From the NCBI RefSeq assembly GCF_009914755.1, contig NC_060945.1: 64,000 bases of DNA. The stretch is one strand, 5' to 3'. Made by a program: the position numbers and the translations under genes. How positions within the stretch are numbered: position 1 is the first letter of the stretch; every line of letters starts with the position of its first letter. Shown here one piece after another: positions 15,757-30,188 of this stretch. Below the pieces are notes generated by a model that was not told the origin of the DNA, did not search any database, and saw only the letters and a list, made by a program, of their open reading frames with translations. This stretch comes from the human T2T-CHM13v2.0 reference genome, Homo sapiens.

Positions 15757-17053
15757 TCCAATTCTACCTCTCAGGTATCAGTAAAAAGAAAATAAATGTA
15801 AAAATGGTTAAGAATAAGATAATAACTGCACTGGGGGAAGTGACTCATTGTATATAAAAGAACTTTGGAAACTATTTGAAGTCTGATAGACCTGGGTTTT
15901 TGTTCTTCCTCAGCAAGTTAATAACAGTGACAATAAGTGAGTTCCTTTACTTTTAACAGTCTCGTTTTTTTGGTCTGTAAAATGGTAATGATAACCATCT
16001 AAAAATATTGTGTAAAACAAAAATAATATGTATGAAACAGCTGGCACTTAGTAGGCAAACAAGGAAGAATATTTGCTGAATAAAAAGTAACCAGGAAAAT
16101 TTGGTTTTGTTCTCTTTTTAAAGTGTTAATAATGCCACACTGGAAATGGGGATTTTAGTTCCGGCATTAGCTTTTTGATAACAGAATAGAATATCTACTG
16201 TGGCCTCTCCCACAAGGAAAGCCTATAACATACTTGGAAAGTTATAGGCTCTCTTACAATGAAAAAGAGAACAAAGAGCCCCAACTAGAAAATATGCCTT
16301 CATGTTCTCAATGCATTTTGAATTATAGTAGACCCAAAGGAAAGCAACACTTTACAACCACTCTGGGTAAGTCTCTATTTGTCCTATATACAATGTACAT
16401 ATAATATAATACTACCATTTATTCCATATATTTTAGCTTCTAGAAAACAATCAGGATCTCTGGCTTTAAGAGAAATGGATTTATTGGCAATAAGAGTCTG
16501 AATTATCAACTCAAATAAAATAGCAATTTCCCCACAAATCAATCACACACCAGGGAGAAAAACACTGTTCTAAATTACGTAACAAGTGTAAAAAGTGTTT
16601 CTAAAGGCTTCATTCAGAATGAAAGCTTTACAATTACTTATATTATCTATGACTTGTATAAACTTTTAGAATGACAAAGTATTTTCTAAGTTCTGTTCAC
16701 ACCCACAAGTTGCATTACATATCCTCAGAAGGATTTGGGTTGGGATATAGGAGAGTAATGTTTAGGCTGCTTGCATTTAATTATTCCATATTTCTTGTAG
16801 AAAAGAAAGAACCATATGGCCCTTATAGCAAAATACTGGTCCTTGAAGACCACCATTTGCATTTGTAACTCCTTCATAATTTAAAATAAGCAAAGATGGT
16901 CTGTTTCTGTGGAAAGTACACATGTCTGCCTGAATTAATTTTCTTAGATTCTGATTTGAAAAAAAGTACATTTTCTTGTTTTATTCCAATCTTCAATGAA
17001 GAAAGATAAAAAATGTAGGGCAAGAAATAAATGGACAAATTTCTAAAGGTGTG

Positions 17054-17417
17054 TGACATGATTTGGCTCTGTCCTCACCCAAATCTCATCTTGAATTGCA
17101 GCTTCCATGTTTCCCACATGTTGTGAGAGGGACCTGGTGGGTGGTAATTGAATCATGGGGGAAGGTTTTTCCAGTGCTGTTCTCATGATAGTAAATAAGT
17201 CTCATGAGATCTGATGGTTTTATAAAGGGGAGTTCCCCTGCATACACTCTCTTGCCTGCCGCCATGTAAGATGTGACTTTGCTTCTCCTTTGCCTTCTGC
17301 AATGATTGTGAGGCCTCCTCAGCAATACGGAACTGTGAGTCAATTAAAACGCTTTCTTTTATAAATTACCCAGTCTTGGGTATGTCTTTATTAGTATCGT
17401 GAGAACTGACAAATACA
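17054..17417 (+). mobile_element. THE1 solo LTR
   Basis: tgacatgatttggctc...aataca, THE1 consensus-like. Confidence 0.95.
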
Positions 17418-17529
17418 GTACATGTGTGATTTTTGGAAAAGCATATTGATTTACAGGATGGAGATATAGAGAAAATAATCAACAAGAAAAAAAAACTGAG
17501 AGTGTTGGCATTTAAAAATATTTATTGTT

Positions 17530-18533
17530 CCTCACCTATTTGCATTGGGAAAACTCCAAAAGTTTGAAAACATGCATTGTTGGTTAGGCTGTAGGGGAAG
17601 TACTTTGTCATACATTAGCTGGTGAGGATACAAAATGGTTCAACATCTATTATGGAAATTTGTTGATATCTAGCAAAATTGCATATGTTTTTCTGTTTGA
17701 TCCAGCAATCTTACTTCTAGGAAACTATTCCCAAAATACAAAAGAACAAATACAATGCTATGTAGTCAATGAAACACTGATTGACATAGCAAAAGACTGG
17801 AAATAACTCAAATGTTGATAAATATGTAACTGGTTGTTAAATTATGGTAAATACCCAAAAGAGAGTACTGCACAGCTAAAAAAATTATAAAAAACTATTT
17901 CTATATAGTATTTAAGGAAAACTTCCAGGATATATTGTCAAGTTAACAAGTTAACTTCCAGGATATATTGTCAAGTTAACTTTAACATAAAGTGGAGAAA
18001 AATATTTTTTATTTACAATTCACAATGCTTCATTGTAAATTATATATTCATTTTAATTTTTTAATTTTCTATTTTTCTGGGTATATAGTAAGTTTATACA
18101 TATGGAATATATTAGATATTTTGATACAAGCATGCAATGTGAAATAAGCACATCATGGAAAACTGGGTGTCCATCCCCTCAAGCATTTATCCATCATGTT
18201 ACAAACAATCCAATTGTATTATTTTAGTTACTTTAAAATACGTAATTAAGTTATTATGACTATAGTCACCCTGTTGCATATTCAAAACATTTTATATTTT
18301 TAAATTTATCTTAATTTTTTTTCTCTTTTTATTATACTTTAATTTCTAGGGTACATATGCACAATGTACAGGTTTGTTACAAATGTCTACATGTGCCATG
18401 TTGGTGTGCTGCACCCATTAACTGGTCATTTACATTAGGTATTTCTCCTAATGCTATCCCTCCCCCACCCCCACCCCCCAACAAGCCCCGGTGTGTGATG
18501 TTCCCCACCCTGCGTCCAAGTGTTCTCATTGTT
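17530..18533. mobile_element. Cluster of L1 3'-end fragments (L1ME +, L1MA -, L1PA -)
   Basis: Recognisable L1 3' UTR sequence, e.g. agggtacatatgcacaatgtacagg. Confidence 0.8.
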
Positions 18534-19399
18534 ATTATGTTTTAGAAAGTGTTTATTATATTGTCCACGTCTCTATTGTGGGGCTGAGCATAGTGTTTCA
18601 TAAAGATCTCATAAAGATTTTTCCAATTATTTTGCACAACAAGAATTTAAACTTGAAAAATAAACTTATGAGATTCATTATATATGTCTTCATATCAGTA
18701 CCAAGTTGGAGAGTTGTAATTTTCATCTTACAACTTTCATGTTAAAACTATACTAAACAGTATGAAATCTAGAATCCAATGTTTATGCCTAAGAGTTTTT
18801 TCCATTTTATACTTTTCTTTTGCTTTCCATTATTATCCACTTAGACTGTATGCATTATCTCTATCCTGTGTGATACATTTCTGATTTCTATAAGGAAATG
18901 CCAAATATATTGGCAAATGTCATTATTTAAACAGTCTTTATGATAAATTCAACTCAACAACCTAATTTCTCATTTGTTAGTATGACCAAGATTACAAGTA
19001 ACAACCTTGCAGTTTGTCCAACCATGTGAATGCTTTTTAAAAATTATTGATTAGATGAGGCAATGTTTTATTGTTTTGATAAACAACATAGAAAAACTGT
19101 AAACCATAATAAACCATAAATTTGTTTATAAGTTCAATGAACAGCTAAGAGAATATATGTATAATGTAGATTACATATATTTTTGAAAATAGTATACCAA
19201 TTATAATCAATTTGATTTTCCTTAATAATAATGTAATATAATAGATATACTGAAATAAACATGCAGCTGACAAACATTTCAAGTTTAAGCTTTGTTAAAA
19301 ATGTCCTTAATGCCAATTTGTTTCAGTGGGAAGAGAAACATAGCAGTGTGTGAAGAGATTGTAAGAAATTACATTTTCTAAATGCTGATCTAGCAATAG

Positions 19400-19568
19400 T
19401 CACTGGCTTCCATCTGGAGCTGTCTGGTAACTAGAATAATCCAAAGGAGATTGACACTGACCATGTAATTTGACCAAATTGGGCAACAAAACAGTCTTGA
19501 TGGTGTGCAAAATTTTTATATTTTGCTTATTGTATTAATTTTATCCAATTAGATGAGCAATGTGTTTA
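19400..19568 (-). pseudogene. Terminal coding exon
   Basis: QNIKILHTIKTVLLPNLVKLHGQCQSPLDYSSYQTAPDGSQ-TGA, compare the P-Rex C-terminus PRLYK/RLCxPP. Confidence 0.6.
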
Positions 19569-19633
19569 CTGCATTGTCAAAATCAACAATTAACAAGTAA
19601 TTATCCAGAATATTTTTTCAAATGAATGATTAC

Positions 19634-19897
19634 ATCCTCCAGGTTAGCAAATCACTTTAGTTAATTTGGTTATTTCCACTGTTCCACTGTATTTTACATT
19701 GCATTGACCAAGAGTGAATGTTTTTATGGCTAGGAGAACATTTAATTACATAACCATGGTCACAGCTACACCAGTGCCCAAAATTCTATTTTTAAAATAT
19801 GGCCTTTTCTTTGTTCAAAAAACAAAATGTGTCCTGCTTTATATCAACAAACCATTCAAACATAAAGTTGAGCTTTGGATGACAGGCCTAACTAGCC
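19634..19897 (-). pseudogene. Exon: IP4P-like pseudo-active-site region
   Basis: VIQSSTLC...THFVF*...TGVAVTM...ITKLTKVIC*PG, compare SSELC...CHIIMC...TLSVTLEQ...TDVMRKQG; degenerate acceptor. Confidence 0.6.
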
Positions 19898-20083
19898 CAT
19901 AGGGAAAGGAAATGTATATTGTAATGCATGAGACACAAAATATTTTCTTTCTAGTTGAGTATTCGTTGTTGTAATCCTTTAGGGTGAACAGTGCTTCCCC
20001 TTACACTGACATTTGAAAAAAAAGTTTACTTTTTTTTTGCTGATGCAATAACACATTAATTCTGAACTAAATGCCCTAATTAG

Positions 20084-20441
<358 letters not shown>

Positions 20442-20506
20442 CCTATCTGGCTGGGTTTTAAAGCTAAAGCTTGTGTGCTTGGAGAGTACTAAACCCAAAA
20501 TCTTAC

Positions 20507-20694
20507 CATAAAAATCTTTTGTTCTCATTCAGTAGGGCTATCTAGTAACATGGCGACCAGCATGGTCAGCCTGTGAAGAAATGAGAAATGATTCCTTAAC
20601 ACACTGGTTCTTCCTGGCGTATCCCACCAACTCAATAGTATTTTCATTCAGAGAAATCACTTTTGTTGGTTCTCTTTCCACTGCAATATGGCAA
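20507..20694 (-). pseudogene. Exon: IP4P-like domain
   Basis: acctttcacag acceptor, ATG|gtaaga donor; LNENTIELVGYARK / LRNHFSFLHRLTMLVAMLL, compare INAQSLEKVQQYYRK...LMRPLNALDELYRLVASFI. Confidence 0.7.
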
Positions 20695-20990
20695 CTGTGA
20701 AAGGTATTATCATTAGTTTTTTTGTAACTAAAACATTAAATTCCTACCCAGACGTGAGGAGTGGGTGAGGAAATTAATTCTCTGGAGGGAAAGAAACTGT
20801 TAATAAACTCATAGTGTGCCTCTTTCACTCCCAGAGATCAGTGGGGAGACATGATGTTCTTTCTGAAAACTTGACGAGTCCAAGAAAAAAGAAATATACA
20901 TTAATTTCAGAATTTCTGCAAGGCTTTGTAAAACCAAGTGTCGATATCCGAAATTCTGAGACCTGCTGAGACATTTTAAAAGGCCTGCAG

Positions 20991-21664
<674 letters not shown>

Positions 21665-22009
21665 GAAGGTCTGCATGTCTTGTATCTGTTAAGTGACTTT
21701 TGGCATTGTTGAGATACACAAGAAAAAGAAGTGAAACGAATATTATCTCTAGGTTCAGGAAATTTAGGATTTTGATATAAGATTTAATAAAAGAAAATTT
21801 TTCCTTAAAATGAAATTAGGCAACTTCTACTATGCTGACTCATAGTTGTAGTTTTTTCTTTTTGACCTGTGTGCGTGCATGCACAAGTACATGCATTGAG
21901 ACTGAAAATTAACACAAGGACACAAAGACCAAACGAATTTGGACATCCAGAGCCCAGATCATACAGCCTGCTGAAGTATGACATGGTTTCATTGTTGCCT
22001 GAAGTTTAC

Positions 22010-22162
22010 CTCTAAAATTTACTAATGTGAAATATTTTTAGGTGTGGATGGCCTTGGTGGTAGGTAGGAAAGAATCATAAACTGAGAACAATTTCTGTGG
22101 TAGTGAACAAGGTTTCAAAAGAAGTTTGGAAATATGATTAGGGATGATTGATGAACAAAACT
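22010..22162 (-). pseudogene. Exon: IP4P-like domain
   Basis: Strong acceptor ttctctccctaatttcag, GAG|gtaaac donor; VLFINHP*SYFQ / SLPQKLF...AIHT, compare FEQLPQRL...KIHP. Confidence 0.6.
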
Positions 22163-22793
22163 CTGAAATTAGGGAGAGAAGGGAAAACTACAAATCAAGA
22201 GAGTGACGCTAGAGACCCTCTGAGTAGCAGTTTATGATTTGTGTATGTGTGTTTTTTCCTTGCACTACTACAGTTTAACACTGGCTTTCAAATCGTAGCT
22301 ATTTCAAAATTCCCTCTAGTTAACCCTAAGCTTTCAGTATTTACATTTGCAAGATTTATGTTAATAGAATTCTGTGGAATTAACCAAGCAGGTTGTTAAC
22401 CAACAGTTTGAATTTCTTCGCATCACTCTTACCCTGAAACTAATGCCCATGGGAGAAACATCATGTCATGTGGACTTGAGTCCCAGAGTCACACAAAGAG
22501 GTAGATAAAAATGCAAAGAATGTCCAAGCAGATCTGAGAGCAAAAGGAAGAGGGACATGGCAGAAGCAGTCACAATATTGACAACTCTGTAGTATACCTG
22601 AGGCAAACTAGCCCATTAGGATGAAATACTTGTATAAGGAAAATATCACTTTGAAGACAAGACAGCTGTTTCTTTCTTGCCCACTGATTGTATATTTGGT
22701 GTTGAACTGTGTTTTATGATTTCCTCATGAGAAATTTTATCTCATGATTTAACCACAGTAGATGCCAGCTCAGTAGAGGAATAAGAAACATGC

Positions 22794-23103
22794 CTGTAGA
22801 AAGCTATAAACAATGCTGATTTTCTCCACGGCCTTTCCATTTCTATTATAATGCTCACCATGAGCCATTAACCAAAGATTAATACTTTCGATAGCACATA
22901 GTGGACAGAGACTGATCTGTTTTATGTGTGAAATTAAATTTCCTCCTCTTTTTAAACTCCTTTGCTTATTTTTGTTGCTATCAGATAATGCGTTAGCAAA
23001 ATGCTGCAATATTGAAACGTCAATATTCATTTATAAAATTCATTGAGATGCTTTAAATGAATCCAAGTAGCACAAAATAATTTGTATGAAAAAAGCTCCT
23101 TGC
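22794..23103 (-). pseudogene. Exon: IP4P-like domain
   Basis: QGAFFIQIILCYLDSF...FANALSDSNKNKQ...NLISHIKQI...GEHY..AVEKISIVYSF (largely ORF 22770..23030); degenerate donor CAG|gcatgt. Confidence 0.6.
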
Positions 23104-23650
23104 CTAATCAGACTCATAAATTCGAGTGAACATTTAATCATTTAGGTTTATTTGATTTACTAGCAGTTTATAAGATTCTTTGATGATACAAATGCAGAAT
23201 AAATAACAGTACAAAAATTAGGAATTTTTCAAATTAAACTCACTGAGTGAGTTTGTTGCACAAATAATGAACATGCAATTAATAGCAAACAATAAAGTAT
23301 TGGGCCATATTCTATTTCTAAAGGCAATTGAAAAACTAATGAATCATAAGTTGTAAACAAAAATAATAGACTTTTTTATCTTAAAAATTTGCATTATTTC
23401 ATTTTTGCCTCGTGGATACATGGAAAATGTCATTTATATTGTTTCTTAAATGATATACTCTAAATATATTACATTCAAATACAGCTTTAAGCATGCTATG
23501 AAATATTCATGTGATGATTTCACCTCCCCCATTTGTATCCATTAAATGAAATATAATACAACTGATGCTCAAGGGAAATAATTAAAAATCAATACTCTCA
23601 GGATTTCCTCTATAAATGAGCAGCGACAGACAATTTTATTTGATAGGTAC

Positions 23651-23830
23651 TAGCAGCAGGGTAACAAAGCAGGATCATTATTTTGTCATTCAAGCACTGC
23701 AATACTGGGATAAATTTTGGAAACTGGCTATGTAGATGCTGTTAGAAACACCTACTGTTGTTTTCAAACAAAGACACTCAAAAAGAGCATTTTCAGTGCT
23801 GTATCCCCTCATTGAACTTTCCTCACATGT
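23651..23830 (-). pseudogene. Exon: IP4P-like domain
   Basis: ggttttcag acceptor; 180 bp; VSNSIYIASFQNLSQYCSA*MTK**SCFVTLLL, compare [28 protein letters not shown]. Confidence 0.6.
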
Positions 23831-23904
23831 CTGAAAACCAGACAAGATGTCATAGCAGGAAGACGAGGTGAAAATAAATGGGAATTGTTTCATAATGAGA
23901 GGGA

Positions 23905-24160
23905 ATGTAGTGTAATGAATAGCGGAGAGAATATTAGACCAAGAAAACCAGAAGTCTGGAAATTTTATCCCGGTTTTCCTGCTGAGTTTCTGTGAGGCCT
24001 TAGAAAAAAACAGATAAATCATAAGTTGTAAACAAAAATAATGGACTATTTTTTCTATCTAAAAATTTTACATTGTTTCATTTTTGCCATTCTGGGGCTC
24101 ACTTTTCTCATCTGTAAAATGAAATGGTGAAATTAATGATTAACAAGGTACCTTCAGCAC
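23905..24160 (+). mobile_element. MIR with a captured local insert
   Basis: MIR core ctcatctgtaaaatg, interrupted at about 24010-24088. Confidence 0.7.
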
Positions 24161-24332
24161 TTCCCTTGATAACTGCTACTATAATATTAAACACTGCAAA
24201 AATCTCATGTTTATAACCAATGCAATTTTACTACAGAAAATTCGGAAATAATGAAAAGAATCTTGGAAGGTTTGAGATGTGAGGAATGAAATTAATAAGG
24301 AATGATGTGGAAGAAGAACTAAACTTGTAGGG

Positions 24333-24657
24333 CAGGGGTCCCCAACCCCCCGCCACAGACCTGTACCAGTCCTTGGCCTGTTAGAAACCGAGGCACACAG
24401 CAGGAGGTGACTAGCATTGCAGCCTGAGCTCCTCTTCCTCTTAGATCAATGGCGGAACTAGATTCTCACAGGAGCACAAACCGTATTGTGACCTGTGCAT
24501 ATGAGGAATCCAAGTTGTGTGCTCCTTATTAGAATATAACTAATGCCTGATGATCTGAGGTGAAACAGTTTCATCCTGAAACCATGCCCCCCATTTTTCA
24601 TGGAAAAATTGTCTTCCATGAAACCGATTCCTATGCCAAAAAGGCTGAGGACCGATG
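24333..24657 (+). mobile_element. MER1B-like hAT-Charlie MITE
   Basis: caggggtccccaacccc start, 8-bp TSD ttgtagg(g/a). Confidence 0.9.
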
Positions 24658-24687
24658 TTGTAGGAAAATATAAAGGATTGATAGAAG

Positions 24688-25060
24688 GTATTAGTCCATT
24701 CTCACGCTGCTATGAAAAAATATCCAAGACTGGGTAATTTATAAAGGAAAGAGGTATAATTGATTCACAGTTCCCCAGGGCTGGGGAAGGCTCAGGAAAT
24801 GTATAGTCGTGGTGGAAGGTGAAGTAAACACTTCTCTCTTCACACAGTGGCAGGAAGGAGAAGTGCCGAGCAAGGCGGGGGAAGTCCCTTATAAAACCAT
24901 CAGATCTCAGGAGAATTCACTCACTATCAGGAGAACAGCATGGAGGTAACTGCCCCCATGATTCAATTACCTTTCACTGGGTTCTTGCCATGACTCGTGG
25001 GGATTATGGAAACTACGATTCAAGATGATATTTGGGTGGAGTCACAGCCAAACCATATTA
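24688..25060 (-). mobile_element. THE1 solo LTR
   Basis: gtattagtccattctc...ccaaaccatat. Confidence 0.95.
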
Positions 25061-25439
25061 TAAGGTAATAAGAATACCCTAATAATAGTAATAACAATAA
25101 TATCTTCACAATAATATCAATGGTTGACTTTTGAAGTGAAAACAGGTCAAAATATTGGAAAATAACCACATATCAGGGAGAGGATGACCAATAAAAATTC
25201 AAAAATAAAGAGTTATAAAGTTCTCTGTTTTAAAAAAAGATAGTATAGATTAACTTTAGAGTCTTCTAGGTTAAGTATGGATAGTAAACAGTGGATAACA
25301 ACTGGTCATCTATGTGAAAAAAATGAAAATGGATCCCTAGTTTCTATAATATACTATTGTTTATCTATAGGGAAAAAATAAAATTAGATCCTCAGTAAGT
25401 TCTTACATTAAAAATGGAAATTTAAAAGCAAAAATATTA

Positions 25440-26075
25440 ATATTTTGTTGCTATATAACAAATTCTACAGTCTTTGATGCTTAAAATCACATTGATTTAT
25501 GATCTTACAGTTCTGTAGATCAGAACCCCAGGTGATCTCAGATGGTTTCTCTGCTTAGATTCTCACAAAGTCCAGATCAAGGTGCTGGCCAGGTTGGTCT
25601 CCAGTCTGGAGGCTCAGGAGAATAACCTGCTTCCAGCCTCATTTAGTTTGTCGGCTGAATTCAGTTCCTTGTGGTTGTAGAACTAAGGTTCCTAAATCCT
25701 CACAGGCTGTCAGTCAGGCACCAGTCTCAACTTCTCAATACCACCTACATTTCTCTTCATATGGACCCCCCATGGTCAAGCAACCAAAATCCATCACACC
25801 TTTCTAGTCCTTTGAAACTCTCTGGCTTCTTATTCTGCTGCTGCTCTTGCTGCTGCCACTACCTGGAGAAAACTCAGCTTTTAAAGACTTGCTTGATTGA
25901 GTAAAGGCCACCCAGCAGAATTTCCAAATATAAAGGTCAATTAAGTTGGGTCTTAAATGATATAGTCAAAATTCCCTCATGGCAATACCTAGTTTAAGGT
26001 TTGACTGAAAAAAAAAAGTGGGGAAGGGGCAGCAATGCTGGGAAATAAGCATCTTTAGAATTATGACTGCCACAC
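25440..26075 (-). mobile_element. MLT1-type MaLR LTR inside L1M fragments
   Basis: MLT1-like ends and cttacagttctgtag..tcaaggtgctggccagg motifs. Confidence 0.75.
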
Positions 26076-26729
26076 AAACCTTTTAACATTTTTAGGAAAA
26101 AAACACAAGAAGATATGCATGTAACCTAAAGGTGATAAAGACTTTTTTAAAAACAAAAGCAAGCAAACAAACACAACTAAAAATCAACAAATAAATTAAT
26201 AGATGACATTAAAATACAAAGTTTTTTAAATCTAAAATTTTCTTAACATGGAGAAGTCATTTTCAATATTTAAAACTGACAAAGGAATCATAGTTAAAAT
26301 ATAGGAAGAAGTCTACTAATTAAGTGGAATAAGTACAATAACCCCACACAGAAATGACCAGAAGAGACCATTAGACATGTTACCAAAAAAGAGATCTGAA
26401 AAGATTATTAACAAGTCAAAGTATAATCAAATTATTTAGTCACCAGGAAGGACACACTCAGTTCAATAACATTTAATATTACACCTATTAGATTGTCAAA
26501 CTTAAAGAAAATTTAACGGCACTCATTTTTGGTCATAATTTAGAGAAAACCTTTCATGTCTTAATGATGGAAATCTAAATTAATATAACCAGTTTGTAAA
26601 GCGAATTGCAATTATTTTATAAAACTGAGCATAAACATATCCTGTGGCCAAGCAATTCCACACTTTTATGTACTATAGAAAAATTGCTGCCTAAGTGAAG
26701 GAGACATGTAAAATAGCAGATTTGGATCA

Positions 26730-27075
<346 letters not shown>

Positions 27076-27116
27076 AAATGTGGAAACAACCCAAATTTGT
27101 ACCTAAAGCAGAATGA

Positions 27117-27477
<361 letters not shown>

Positions 27478-27514
27478 ACGTGTAATATATTTATACAATG
27501 TGATATTATACAGG

Positions 27515-28222
27515 CACAATTCTAAAACTTTTGGTTTCAGGACAAACTTACACTCTAACAATGTATTAAGGAGTCCAAAATTCTTTTGTTTTGTGGCTCA
27601 CGTGCATTGACATTTACTGTATTATTAAAACAGTGAGATTATTTTAATACCTATTCATTATATAAAAATAAGAAACTCATGATATGTTAATATCAATAGC
27701 TTATGTTTAAAATATATTTTACAAAAAATTGCTAAGTGGAGTTTTATGTATTTGCATATCTCTTTTATGTCTGTTTTAATAGAAAATAGCTGCTTTGCTT
27801 TCAAACTGTTTTTGACATATTGCTCTGGTTAAAGTGTGTGGTGAAGAAAATCTTGTCTCAACACAAATACGTTGTTAAAAATGGGAAGAGTATTTTAATA
27901 GATTTTATGTATAATTATTTATATCCTTCCTTGATACTATGTCAATGTCTATGTCAAAATTCTACTAGTGGTAGTTTCTTAAAAATAGTTGAATGGTTTT
28001 GTAATATCATGCATTGATCATTCAAAAAATTATTTTGCAGAATTTTTCAAATTTCCAAATTTTGACATATTTCATTTTACAATATAAAAAATTCACATTT
28101 GTAATATCTCATCAAAAATGTATCCAAGTATTGAGGTACTGTTGAGCTCAGAGTAGTGGATACATGTTGAGCTCAGAGCAGTGGATACATATTTTCCAAA
28201 ATTATACATTTATTCTGGAAAG
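27515..28222. mobile_element. Charlie1-type hAT DNA transposon fragment
   Basis: Terminal sequence ..aaactttttggtttcaggac..ttacactctaa.. matches the Charlie1 end. Confidence 0.75.
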
Positions 28223-28224
28223 TT

Positions 28225-28910
28225 GCAACAGTCTCCAATCTGCTTTCCTTCCACTTTCACTCTGCTCTTCTGTTATACAGGGAAGTCAGAAAAATACGAT
28301 TATATATATTAAGTCATGTCACTCTCCTGATCTAAGCCTACTGAAGGCTTTCCATCTCTCTCGAGATGAAACATAATGTCTTAACTGGATTCCGTCTGCA
28401 CCCTCATCTGTAACCTATCTTACCCTTCTGTTCCTGTCACTCATTCTGTTTAAGAACAACCAAGTCCCACCCCTACCTTTAGGCCCAGGCATTTACTGTT
28501 CCTTCTGCCAAGAATGTTCCCCCAGGTTATCTCCTTCCCTTCATTCACGTCTCAGCTTAAATGTCTCTTCAATGGAGAAGTCCCGATGACCTAATGGAGA
28601 ATACCAAGGTAAACTATTTTCTGTTCTGTCACTTTGCTTTCAGTTTTTATAGCATGCCTATTTTGTAAATATTTTGGCATGATTACATGTACACATGTAT
28701 TTTATACATTTAACTTTTCAAACAATATTACATGCATATGTGTATTAATTTTAAATTTATGATCTATGTCCCTCACTTAGTTTATTGGAATCAAGTTTGT
28801 TTCTGGTTACTTCATCTCAAATACCTCGAACAGTGCTTGCTCATTTTAAGCACTCATTTTAAGCACTCAATGTATTTTTGTGAATGAATGTGTAAATGCA
28901 AGAATGAGTG
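28225..28910 (+). mobile_element. L2 3' fragment
   Basis: L2 3' end ..gcactcaatgtatttttgtgaatgaatg. Confidence 0.75.
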
Positions 28911-29056
28911 AAGAATTTCATAAGTGATATGTTTCTTTCAATCAACTTCTTTATTTTTTTCTAATTTTTTTACTTTCTCACTCCATTGCTGATTTTGTAT
29001 GTGTGTGTGTATGTGTGTGTGTGTGTGTGTGTGTACAAATCCCCTCTCCCATTCAC

Positions 29057-29286
29057 TTCTGCTTCCTGTGATTTCTACTGTTCACATTTTTTATTTTCCT
29101 GTGGGTCCTAATGAAAGCCTTCTCTCTTTGTGCCTTTCAGGTTTTATACCACTCATCAGCTCTGTACTTCTTGTCTTCTCCATTTGGTTCAGGAAGCTGA
29201 GACTAAGTCATAAGCCAGGCTGTGATCTATGTGGTAACCTGAAGCTCTGAAAACTTATAATGAAATCCTGCTCTTCAGCTGTATTT
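29057..29286 (-). pseudogene. Exon
   Basis: Strong actttcactcttag acceptor, in phase with the previous exon. FRLPHRSQPGL*LSLSFLNQMEKTRSTELMSG, compare [31 protein letters not shown]; donor uncertain. Confidence 0.7.
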
Positions 29287-29398
29287 CTAAGAGTGAAAGT
29301 TATGGGGAAAAAAAGAAATTCAATGAAAAATAATGGGACAATTGCTAAATTATGAATCACAATGTAATAACCAATCATGATGCAAAATTATTACTCAC

Positions 29399-29600
29399 AG
29401 TCTGGCCTTTAGTGCTGACTGGCAATTCCACTATATCTCATAGTCCATGTCTTCTAGGTGACAATCTGGTACTTCTTGCTCTACCTGCAAACCTCTAAAA
29501 TCACCCTCTTAATCTCAATTGACACCCTCTTCTGATCAACTATAGCTGCATAGCAAACCACCAGAGAGTATGAGATGGAGCTTAAAACAAATTACACTCT
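29399..29600 (-). pseudogene. Exon: acidic region before the IP4P-like core
   Basis: ttgttactag acceptor, CT|gtgagt donor; LSSISYS / SEEGVN*D*EGDFRGLQVEQEVPDCHLEDMDYE. Confidence 0.6.
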
Positions 29601-29654
29601 CTAGTAACAAATTATTTACAGTATTCCCATAAGAAAAAAAATGGATTATTGTAT

Positions 29655-29868
29655 CAGATGTGGTGGCTTATGTCTATAATCCCAGCACTTTGGGAGGAAG
29701 AGGCGAGAGGATCACTTGAGACCAGGAGTTTCAGACCAGCCTGGGCAGTGTAACCAGATCCCATCTCTACCATAAAAGAAAGAAAGACAAAGAGAGAGGA
29801 GGAAGGAAGGAAGGAGAGAAAGAAAGAGAGAGAGGGAGAGAGAGAAAGATGAAAGAAAGAAAGAAAAA

Positions 29869-29912
<44 letters not shown>

Positions 29913-30112
29913 AAAAGAGAGAGAAAGGAAGGAAGGAAGGAAGGAAGAAAACGAAGGAAGGAGGGAGGGAGAGAGGGAGGAAAAAAGAAAAAAGGAAGGA
30001 AGGAAGGAAAAGAAAGAAGGAAGGGAGGGAGGGAGGGTGGGTAAGGAAGGAAGAAAGAAAGAGAAAGAAAGAAAGAAGGAAAAGAAAGAAAGAAAGAAAA
30101 AGAAAAGAAAGA
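29655..30112 (+). mobile_element. Alu left monomer (FLAM/AluJ) with a GA-rich tail
   Basis: Monomer to about 29775, then about 335 bp of polypurine repeat. Confidence 0.9.
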
Positions 30113-30188
30113 TTGATTCATTCTACCTTTCCAAGGCATGTATAAAGCCTCTGCTCAGTGTGCACTTGCTTGATGCCCAGGATCTCAT

